NCBI GenBank assembly: GCA_048940645.1
Contig: JBHLOI010000046.1
Span: 1 to 24,591 of the forward strand
Direction: 5' to 3'
Source: Promethearchaeota archaeon
GTDB taxonomy: Archaea > Asgardarchaeota > Lokiarchaeia > Sigyniarchaeales > SOKP01
DNA: 24,591 bases
Positions 1 through 7,847 of the stretch are shown piece after piece (position 1 is the first letter of the stretch; every line of letters begins with the position of its first letter). Made by a program: the position numbers and the translations under genes. The notes under the pieces are model-generated. The model was not told the DNA's origin, searched no databases, and saw only the letters and a program-made list of their open reading frames with translations.

Positions 1-2
1 CA

Positions 3-59
3 CTGCTCATTGAGACAAATGAATATTTAATAGGAGTTATTATTTGCAGACCTATTTAA
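3..59 (+). CDS. Possible 3' end of a gene entering from the left edge (…LLIETNEYLIGVIICRPI*)
   Basis: Frame 3 is open from the window edge to TAA at 57-59 and converges on the dehydratase stop at 103. Too short to assign a function. Confidence 0.35.
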   Translation: MLIETNEYLIGVIICRPI

Positions 60-102
60 ATAAAAAATTCTCATTTTTTCCTCTTCATCTCTCTATTGTA
101 GA

Positions 103-1665
103 TTATGAAATTTTTTCTTGGTAGTGTTCTTCTAATTTCTTAGCTGACTCAGTTATTGCGAGACCACCTAATGAGGTACATCGTAATTGAAGAGGTAACA
201 TTTTTCCACTCTCATAAGAGGCTTGAATGCAATCATCAAGATTGATTGGGTTAACATAACCTCCCATAATAAGATCAGCGCATACAAAAGCATTTGAAGC
301 TGCAACAGCGTTTCTTGTGTGGCAGGGAATTTCACAAAATCCAGCTACAAGATCACAAACTGATCCCATGGTATTTTGTAAAGCAATAGCAGCTGCATTT
401 GTGGCAAAATTTGGGCTTCCATTAAAGGCTTCAACAACAGCTGCAGCAGCCATTGCAGCAGCGATTCCTATTTCAACTTGACACCCTGCGATTTCGGCAG
501 CAAAAGTAGAATTCATAGCATTTATTAAACCTATTACTCCAGCAACTAGTGCACAATTAACAATTTTTTCTAGAGAGAGATTAAAATCATAGTGAAGAGT
601 ATAAAGAACTGAAGCAATAACTCCACATGAACCACCTGTAGGTGCAGCACAGATTAAACCGCCAGAAGAGGCTGTATCCATTGCTGCCAATGCTCTATAA
701 GCACTTTTTATATTTATTCCAGGATTAACTAGATTTCCATTGATTTCTTCTTGTTGTATTTTACTTGCAGAATGTTCTAATAAATTCATCGAAGAATTTT
801 CGCTTTTTAAGCCCATTTCTACAGAAGAAAACATTATAGATATCCTTTTTTTAATCTCATCTATAATAATTTTTTTATCTAAATTGAGTAAGACTGATTC
901 GTATTCAAGACCTATTTCTCCAAGTTCAAATCCTTTACTTTCTACTATTTTTAACATTTCTGAAGTATTTCTAAATATTGGGGTTCCATGTATAGGGAAG
1001 ACTATAGGACTCGTTATCCAAACATTTGTTATTTCTACATTTTTCGATATAAATTCGATAAATTTTTCTTCAAAACTATATGGATCTTTTACTTGAATAA
1101 AGGATGATTGTTCAATTCTTTGTATATCAGATATTTTCGAAGATTCAAATCTTAATTGGATAATTTTGTTTATTTCCTCTTCAAAATTAGAGTTAAATTC
1201 AACTAAGAGGTTATGTAGTTGACCATTAATTATAACCTTCCAATTATTGAGTCTATCTATTAATACCATACCACCCCCTATAGATTTGGCTACAAAAGTT
1301 AAAGAAACTCCATTATAGAGAGATATTTCAATAAGGATATAATTCGGATGATCCACATTTGGTATATCCCTTGTTTGAAAATAATGATTAATTCCTTGTT
1401 TTCTGGCAATTTCTAAAGAGTCAAAAAAATTGGGTGCTTCCACAGGCAAACCGATCAAACCAGCCAGGAAAGCAATTTCACTGTTTTGAGATTTATAGAC
1501 CCTGCCAAAAGAACTTTTCGAATCAAAAGTGATGTAAACTTCTTTAATCTTATCTTTACATAACATTTTGGTTAAACAGCCAATATTATAAGATGCCGCG
1601 GTATGCGAACTCGAAGGACCATGCATAATTGGACCTAAAACATCATTTAAAATACTTAAATCTAT
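103..1665 (-). CDS. sdaA: Iron-sulfur-dependent L-serine dehydratase, fused beta (N-terminal) + linker/ACT-like + alpha (C-terminal) chains
   Basis: Beta motifs S-I-L-N-D-V-L-G-P-I-M-H-G-P-S-S-S-H-T and SIGGG; alpha motifs APTGGSCG, GCQVEIG and CDLVAGFCEIPC with the [4Fe-4S] Cys ligands. Conserved coding continues 13 codons upstream of the ORF-track ATG (1626) to ATA at 1665. Confidence 0.9.
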   Translation of the reverse strand: MDLSILNDVLGPIMHGPSSSHTAASYNIGCLTKMLCKDKIKEVYITFDSKSSFGRVYKSQNSEIAFLAGLIGLPVEAPNFFDSLEIARKQGINHYFQTRDIPNVDHPNYILIEISLYNGVSLTFVAKSIGGGMVLIDRLNNWKVIINGQLHNLLVEFNSNFEEEINKIIQLRFESSKISDIQRIEQSSFIQVKDPYSFEEKFIEFISKNVEITNVWITSPIVFPIHGTPIFRNTSEMLKIVESKGFELGEIGLEYESVLLNLDKKIIIDEIKKRISIMFSSVEMGLKSENSSMNLLEHSASKIQQEEINGNLVNPGINIKSAYRALAAMDTASSGGLICAAPTGGSCGVIASVLYTLHYDFNLSLEKIVNCALVAGVIGLINAMNSTFAAEIAGCQVEIGIAAAMAAAAVVEAFNGSPNFATNAAAIALQNTMGSVCDLVAGFCEIPCHTRNAVAASNAFVCADLIMGGYVNPINLDDCIQASYESGKMLPLQLRCTSLGGLAITESAKKLEEHYQEKIS

Positions 1666-1671
1666 AACTTC

Positions 1672-1679
1672 TCACCCTC
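1672..1679 (-). promoter_or_regulatory. Shine-Dalgarno-like site GAGGGTGA for the serine dehydratase
   Basis: Minus strand reads GAGGGTGA-gaagtt-ATA, a 6-nt spacer to the proposed start. Confidence 0.65.
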
Positions 1680-1816
1680 ATTAATTTGAAATTACATTAT
1701 AAATATTATAAACTTCTACTTAAGAATATATTTTCTAAACTAGATTAAAAAAATCTTTAATTAATGATTTTTACTTGGTAAATGTAGCTTTTTTTAACAA
1801 AATAAAAATATTCAGG

Positions 1817-3619
1817 TTATATTTTACCCATTTCTTCAATATATTGTAGAGACTGGTGTCTAAAATATGCATTATAAAGGGTAGCATAATACCCTTTTTG
1901 GCTCATTAATTCTGCATGATTACCTTCTTCGATGATTTTTCCATTTTCTAAAACGATGATTCTATCTACGTGTCGTACTGTCCATAAACGATGAGCAATA
2001 ATAATAGAAGTCCTACCTTCCATAGTTATTTCTAAAGCATCTTGAATACGTGTTTCCGTAAAGGGATCCACCGAGGCTGTTGCCTCATCTAAAATGAGAA
2101 TCGAGGGGTCTTCTAATAAAACTCTGGCAAAAGCTACTAATTGACGCTGTCCCATAGAGAGTAAACTACCTCTTTCCCCTACATTGGTATCTAATCCATT
2201 TGGAAGACTATTTACCCATTCTGACCCACCTGCTTTCTCTAAAGCATTTATAACATCTTCACACTTCGCTGAACTGCATCCATAATTAACATTATTTTCA
2301 ACAGTATCAGCCCATAAAAAGGGTATTTGGGGGATAATACCAATTTGACGTCTATATTCTGTAAGATCATAGTCTCTAATACTTATTCCATCCACCAAAA
2401 TATCACCGCCTTGAAATTCATAAAACCTTGCAATAAGGTTCGCTAGGCTGGATTTACCAGCTCCAGTGTGTCCAACTATAGCTAATGATTCTCCAGGCTT
2501 TACTCTTAATGAGAAATTATCGAAAACTTTCTTTCCCTCTTCATATTGAAAAAGTAGATTTTTGAACTCAATTTCTCCTTTTAACTTTTCAGGTATGAGG
2601 TTATTTTTTTGTAGAACTACAGGTGGAGAATCAATTATGGAAAAGATTCTTTCAGATGCTGAGAGTCCAGCTTGAAACTGGGGCCAAAAGGAAGCAATAA
2701 TTAATAATGGAAAGAATAAGAGATTAAGACTCTGTAAAAACATGTTAAAATCTCCAGCACTTATTGAGTTTAAAATAAGGAAATTTCCCCCATAATATAC
2801 TAAAATAGCTAAAACAATCCCTTGAACAATACCCAAAGAAGGAAAAATCGCATTTAGTGTGAAAGCTCTTTTTAAATTAACTTTATAGGACTGAATATTT
2901 ACCTCATTGAACTGATCATATAATTTTTGTTCTTGCCTAAAGGTTTTGGCATTTTGAATGCCTGAGAAGCTTTCTTTTACGAAAGCATTAACAGATGCTA
3001 AAGCTCGCTGCCCTAATAATGTCATTTTTCTAGCTAATTTTCTATAAGATAATGCTACAATAAAGAAAAGGGGAATTACTATTAGCATTAGAACTGCAAG
3101 GAATGAATTTATGATTAAAAGAAGTATAATTAAAACAATCATAACAAATACAGAGGATACTACATCTAAAGTGAGTTCTACCATCTGTCCAAACTCTCTA
3201 CTATCTGTATTTATTCTACTTACAATTTTACCTACTGGATTTTTATCAAAAAAAGACAGATCATGATTTAATACTGAATTGGTAGCATCTTTACGTAGAT
3301 CAAGCACAACATACCCTATTGATTTTGCAGCATTTTTTTGCCTAAAATAATTAAATACAAAACTTAAAACGTTTAGGGCAAGAATTAGTAAAATTAAATA
3401 AATGAAATAAGTGAAATCTTTATTATATTGCATATTATTGATAGCAATAGAAGTAATAAGCGGTACAAATGATGTTGCAAGAGAGGAAACTATGAGAAAG
3501 AAAGTAACAATTAGCATATATTTCTTATAGGTTGAAAAATAAGAGAGAATTCTTTTAAGAAGAGTTCTGTCTTTATAGACGCGATCATATTTTTCTGCTT
3601 CTAAACCAACCCAAACCAT
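1817..3619 (-). CDS. ABC exporter half-transporter (TMD+NBD), subunit 2 of a heterodimer
   Basis: N-terminal TM helices; Walker A GHTGAGKS, deviant signature LSMGQRQ, Walker B ILILDEATA, H-loop IAHRL. GGAGG RBS lies in the end of the upstream gene, 1 nt gap. Confidence 0.93.
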   Translation of the reverse strand: MVWVGLEAEKYDRVYKDRTLLKRILSYFSTYKKYMLIVTFFLIVSSLATSFVPLITSIAINNMQYNKDFTYFIYLILLILALNVLSFVFNYFRQKNAAKSIGYVVLDLRKDATNSVLNHDLSFFDKNPVGKIVSRINTDSREFGQMVELTLDVVSSVFVMIVLIILLLIINSFLAVLMLIVIPLFFIVALSYRKLARKMTLLGQRALASVNAFVKESFSGIQNAKTFRQEQKLYDQFNEVNIQSYKVNLKRAFTLNAIFPSLGIVQGIVLAILVYYGGNFLILNSISAGDFNMFLQSLNLLFFPLLIIASFWPQFQAGLSASERIFSIIDSPPVVLQKNNLIPEKLKGEIEFKNLLFQYEEGKKVFDNFSLRVKPGESLAIVGHTGAGKSSLANLIARFYEFQGGDILVDGISIRDYDLTEYRRQIGIIPQIPFLWADTVENNVNYGCSSAKCEDVINALEKAGGSEWVNSLPNGLDTNVGERGSLLSMGQRQLVAFARVLLEDPSILILDEATASVDPFTETRIQDALEITMEGRTSIIIAHRLWTVRHVDRIIVLENGKIIEEGNHAELMSQKGYYATLYNAYFRHQSLQYIEEMGKI

Positions 3620-3620
3620 A

Positions 3621-5453
3621 TTATACCTCTCCTTTTATTAACTTTTTTTCATCTAAATCAAATTTTTTAACGAATATTTTCCTATATTCTTCAGATATTT
3701 TGAGCAAATCGTTATGATCTCCCATCGCCTCAATCTGTCCATTTTTTAACACAATTATAAGATCAGCCCAACGGATTTGACTCAAGCGATGTGTTATCAA
3801 GAATGTTGTTCGATTTTTTAGAATGTTCTTAATTGCATATTGAATTTTGTCTTCTGTATTAGAATCTATTGCTGACGTTGAATCATCTAAAATAAGAAGC
3901 TTTGGATTTGATAGAAATGCACGAGCAATTGCGATCCTTTGTCTTTCACCTCCACTTAACTGCACACCTCTCTCTCCAATCTCAGATTCATATCCTTCTG
4001 GTAAATTTGAAATGAAGTCATGAGCTTGAGCTTGTGTCGCAGCATTTATAACTTCTTCAAGTACGCTTGTTCTTCCAAAGGTTATATTATCAAACACCGA
4101 AAATGAAAATAAAAAAACATCTTGTTCTATGTATGAAATTTGATCTCTTAAGGATTTTAATGAATAATCCCGAATATCAATATTATCTACAAGAATTTTA
4201 CCTTCTGAGATGTCATATAACCTTGAGATTAATTTAGTTAATGTAGTTTTTCCAGAGCCCGTAGTACCGACAATTGCTACCGTTTGACCAGGTTTCACTT
4301 TAAATGAGATATTTCTTAAAACATACTTATCACTTCCCGGATACTTGAAAGAAACTTGATCAAAAACTATTGATCCCTCTAAATCTTTCTTTATACCATC
4401 GGGATTTTCATTAATTTCACTACTTTGGTTCATTAACTCAAGCAGTCTTTGAGCACTTGAACCAGCTAGCTTTATAATTGCAAATACAAATATTGAGATA
4501 AAAGTGGGAAATCTTAATAATCCTAATAAAGCTAAATAGGAAATAATTTGTCCAATCGAAATTATTCCATTCAAGTATAAAATCAGAGAATGGGCAAATC
4601 CTAATGTAATTATTAAGGCTAAATAAAGAATGGGAAGATATTTTGCTTGAATTCTTCCTTGTTCTATATAAGCATCCTTATATTTCCCTGCAAAGTTTAA
4701 ATATTTGTTTAATTCATAAAGTTCTTTAGTGGATCCTTTTACAACTTCTATACCCGAGAGGGCTTCATTTAAAGTAGCATTGATCATACCAAAATTCATC
4801 CTTAATTTACCGGTAACAGGTGATAACTTACGGTTATATGACCTTAAAGTTATTAAAAACAAACAGGTGAAAATTATTGGTTCTAATACTAATTCTAAAG
4901 GATAAAAGAAAATTATGAAGAATATTGGGATAATTAAAGATGTAAATGATTCCAAAATTAATGAAATTGCAGGACTCATTAGAAAATTTAACATTCGGAC
5001 ATCATCAGTAACCCGCGCCATTAAATCTCCAATTTTTTGTTTATCATGAAAAGACTGACTTTTCCCTAATAAATTAGTATAAAATTCCTTTCTGGTATCC
5101 CTTTCTAACCTTTGAGCTAGTAATTCTCTTTGCATATAATTTATTAATCGAAAAATAGGAGTTATAAGTCCAAAAATTAAGATAATTATTGTATAATTAA
5201 TGAGACTATCAATATTGGCATTTAAAAATTCCTCAACCGCTGAACCAATAACTACTGAAATAATCGATGCTAAAACAGATGCAAAGATCGTTGTAAATAA
5301 TACTATAAATATAAATATTTTGTTACTTCCATAGAAGATATGAGAGATTATCCACCTACGAACTCCTTTTCTACGCGACTTTTCAAAGGGATCTTTCCCT
5401 GGTGAAAACTCTAATAGTTGTGTTTCTAAAATAGAATCTGATTTTTTTGCCAT
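3621..5453 (-). CDS. ABC exporter half-transporter (TMD+NBD), subunit 1 of a heterodimer
   Basis: TM helices; Walker A GTTGSGKT, signature LSGGERQ, degenerate Walker B LLILDDSTS (catalytic Glu replaced by Asp), H-loop ITHRL. Confidence 0.93.
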   Translation of the reverse strand: MAKKSDSILETQLLEFSPGKDPFEKSRRKGVRRWIISHIFYGSNKIFIFIVLFTTIFASVLASIISVVIGSAVEEFLNANIDSLINYTIIILIFGLITPIFRLINYMQRELLAQRLERDTRKEFYTNLLGKSQSFHDKQKIGDLMARVTDDVRMLNFLMSPAISLILESFTSLIIPIFFIIFFYPLELVLEPIIFTCLFLITLRSYNRKLSPVTGKLRMNFGMINATLNEALSGIEVVKGSTKELYELNKYLNFAGKYKDAYIEQGRIQAKYLPILYLALIITLGFAHSLILYLNGIISIGQIISYLALLGLLRFPTFISIFVFAIIKLAGSSAQRLLELMNQSSEINENPDGIKKDLEGSIVFDQVSFKYPGSDKYVLRNISFKVKPGQTVAIVGTTGSGKTTLTKLISRLYDISEGKILVDNIDIRDYSLKSLRDQISYIEQDVFLFSFSVFDNITFGRTSVLEEVINAATQAQAHDFISNLPEGYESEIGERGVQLSGGERQRIAIARAFLSNPKLLILDDSTSAIDSNTEDKIQYAIKNILKNRTTFLITHRLSQIRWADLIIVLKNGQIEAMGDHNDLLKISEEYRKIFVKKFDLDEKKLIKGEV

Positions 5454-5621
5454 TTTAAACTTGCATCTAATTACTCGTAATATTTTTAATAAAAATAATT
5501 TCTTAATGAATTTTATTCAATCAAAATAAATGGATACTGGATTTTATAATTTTAATTTATAGATTATTATTGATCCAGGAGTTTTCCTACTTCAGTTTTA
5601 GAAAGAAGAAAATTTTAAAGT

Positions 5622-6197
5622 TTAACCAATAATGTCATCCTTTTCTATTATGCCTTCTTCCATAAGCATTAATCTAGCAACATTTTCAAAAATATTATCC
5701 ACGTTATCCCCTGTTTTAGCCGAACATTCAAAATAACCTTGTAGATTACTTGATCTTGCTATTTCAATCCCTTCTTCAGTTGGAACGGACCGTTTATCCT
5801 CTAGATCTAATTTACTCCCAACCACAATTATTGGAATATGGTTTTTAGAAGCTTTCATTTCTTCAATGAAAATTGAGAGCCAACTGTCAATATTTTTTAA
5901 GCTCACATATCTTGTAAGGTCAAACATGAATATTCCGCCCTGAGCACCTTTTACGAAACTTGGAAATAATATTTTATAGCGTTCTTCTCCCGCAAAATCC
6001 CAAATCTGAAGCGTAACTTTATGACCATCCACTTCTAAATCTTTTACACTAAGATCTGTACCAATAGTCATTTTAAGATCTTCATTAAACACTCTATCAA
6101 GATAACGATGGGTTAGAGAAGTTTTACCAACTCCTCCATCACCAAATATACAGAGTTTTAACTTAATCTTTTCATTTTTTTCCATTTGTTTAACCAC
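5622..6197 (-). CDS. Rab-like small GTPase (Ras superfamily)
   Basis: G1 GDGGVGKTS, G2 MTIGTD, G3 WDFAGEERY, G4 SKLD, G5 CSAK. Start may be GTG 6197 or ATG 6185. Confidence 0.92.
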   Translation of the reverse strand: MVKQMEKNEKIKLKLCIFGDGGVGKTSLTHRYLDRVFNEDLKMTIGTDLSVKDLEVDGHKVTLQIWDFAGEERYKILFPSFVKGAQGGIFMFDLTRYVSLKNIDSWLSIFIEEMKASKNHIPIIVVGSKLDLEDKRSVPTEEGIEIARSSNLQGYFECSAKTGDNVDNIFENVARLMLMEEGIIEKDDIIG

Positions 6198-6375
6198 ACT
6201 TTAAATTTTAAGGATAATAAAATTTCAGATAAATTTCATGAAATGTTAAAATAAAAACGTTAAAATTACTCTACTCAACTAAAATATATCTTAATTTTTG
6301 TATTTATGATATTAAAACTTATTATTAAATCTAATTAATATAATAATAAATGCTTACAATAAAGAAATAGTAGCA

Positions 6376-6993
6376 TTATTGGTTTTTTTCTAATTTTTGT
6401 TTTTTTGTATTTTCTTTTAAAAGAATAATAGATTCCTCTCTCGCTTTTAAAAGAGATCTTTCATCCTTTCCTTCCATTTCTTTTGATAGTAGAACTTTTT
6501 CCTTTAATACCTTTTTAAAAAGTAGATATTCATCCTTTCTACTAATAAAAGGTTCTACTTTTTCTATATGGATAAATTTCTCGATAGAAGTATTTTTTCC
6601 ATTACAATTCCCTTCTGTTAAATCAAATCGATATTCTTTATATATTAAAAAGCAATGCACCATAGGTACATATGGAATGTCATACTTTTCTAAAATTCTA
6701 TTTACCCCAGTCGAGATTTCTTCGGTAAATTTATACACACCAACGTATTTATAGAGAGGTATATTTGATTCTTCTGCAAGTCCTGCAATAACTGCATGTT
6801 TAGATGTGCATGTACCCATCTTCTCTTTAAAAAATATCAATTTGTCATCATAATTCGTATTATACCCATATTCAATATTATGTACATAATCACAAGCTTC
6901 CTTGAAATTTTTAATTCCTAACTCTAAAAACTTTCTTGAAATTTGTCCCACAGGTTTAATTTTAGCGTTGGGCAAGTTTTTATATGAATCCAT
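6376..6993 (-). CDS. Hypothetical protein, transglutaminase-like (papain-fold) Cys-His-Asp family
   Basis: G-T-C-T-S-K-H, then H-C-F-L and F-D-L-T with transglutaminase-like spacing (His then Asp about 12 residues later). Confidence 0.6.
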   Translation of the reverse strand: MDSYKNLPNAKIKPVGQISRKFLELGIKNFKEACDYVHNIEYGYNTNYDDKLIFFKEKMGTCTSKHAVIAGLAEESNIPLYKYVGVYKFTEEISTGVNRILEKYDIPYVPMVHCFLIYKEYRFDLTEGNCNGKNTSIEKFIHIEKVEPFISRKDEYLLFKKVLKEKVLLSKEMEGKDERSLLKAREESIILLKENTKKQKLEKNQ

Positions 6994-7078
6994 AAAAATC
7001 TCTTTAGATTTTATAAATATTGTTTAATTTTATCATTTAATTATTGTTTATAAAATTTATTTCTAAGTTTAATAAGTC

Positions 7079-7147
7079 TCAGGTAATTTCTTTATGTTCA
7101 CCATTAACCAGATAATACACTTTTTCCGCAATTTTACAGGCATGATA
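7079..7147 (-). pseudogene. Short remnant resembling a PhoU C-terminus (YHACKIAEKVYYLVNGEHKEIT*)
   Basis: Translated by hand; resembles the PhoU end motif (D)HAxxIAExVxYLVxG. No ATG in frame and an in-frame TAA lies 6 codons upstream. Confidence 0.5.
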
Positions 7148-7202
7148 GTATAATAGTAACAGAAATTACTGAACCGGATCCTGTACCTGATATTATCTGG
7201 TT
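7106..7202. repeat. 12-bp perfect inverted repeat with nested stems
   Basis: AACCAGATAATA (7106-7117) / TATTATCTGGTT (7191-7202); inner TACAGG (7135-7140) / CCTGTA (7180-7185); innermost AGTAA-cagaaa-TTACT. Confidence 0.6.
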
Positions 7203-7210
7203 TTTTTTAT

Positions 7211-7738
7211 CTATTTTGAGATCAATTCATTAGATTTAATCACATGATTTGCTAAGGATTCAAATGCTCTATCCACATTCAATCCATTTTTTGAAGAGGT
7301 TTTAATATAATCAACCATACCGAAACGCTCTTTAGTTTTTTTAGCGTAAATGTCAGCAACCATGGAAAATTCCTCTAAATCGCATTTAGAAGCAATTAAA
7401 ACTATTGGTAAATCTTTATACTGTTTTTTGACAAGTTGTACCCACTTTCCAATATTTACAAAACTAGTCATATTAGTAATATCGAAAAGCAATAAGGCTC
7501 CTGCTGCTCCTCTAATATATCTCTCAATCATAAATCTAAAGCGATCTTGCCCGGATATGTCCCATAAAATAAGTTGACAATTTGTCGAATCTAATTTGGT
7601 TTGCTTAGTGAGAAATTCAACTCCAATTGTCATTGTTGATGTATCAAGAAACTTTCCCTTGACATATCTATGTAAAAGTGTTGTTTTTCCAACACCTCCG
7701 TCTCCAAGAATCAGAAACTTATATGCAACTTGCTTCAT
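7211..7738 (-). CDS. Rab-like small GTPase (Ras superfamily)
   Basis: G1 GDGGVGKTT, Rab-type G2 TIGVEF, G3 WDISGQDRF, YIRGAAG (RabF4-like), G4 SKCD, G5 TSSK. Confidence 0.92.
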   Translation of the reverse strand: MKQVAYKFLILGDGGVGKTTLLHRYVKGKFLDTSTMTIGVEFLTKQTKLDSTNCQLILWDISGQDRFRFMIERYIRGAAGALLLFDITNMTSFVNIGKWVQLVKKQYKDLPIVLIASKCDLEEFSMVADIYAKKTKERFGMVDYIKTSSKNGLNVDRAFESLANHVIKSNELISK

Positions 7739-7847
7739 TTTGCTATTCAGACAACATTTCTCACTTTGTTATTATACAATATAATATAATTATAAAATAT
7801 AAAGATACAAAAAATTTTTGGGAGATTTAAATCATAATATGAATTTT

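Noticed and set aside
740-1096. 118-aa plus-strand ORF
   Set aside because: Antisense shadow inside the well-supported serine dehydratase; no recognisable motifs.
7135-7190. Possible eukaryote-type SECIS (ATGA…GA within a stem) or box C/D RNA (CTGA before a terminal stem)
   Set aside because: SECIS helix II does not pair well and there is no upstream plus-strand gene with an in-frame TGA. No box C (RTGATGA) follows the 5' stem.
7350-7784. Two short plus-strand ORFs (75 and 62 aa)
   Set aside because: Antisense to the Rab-like GTPase.
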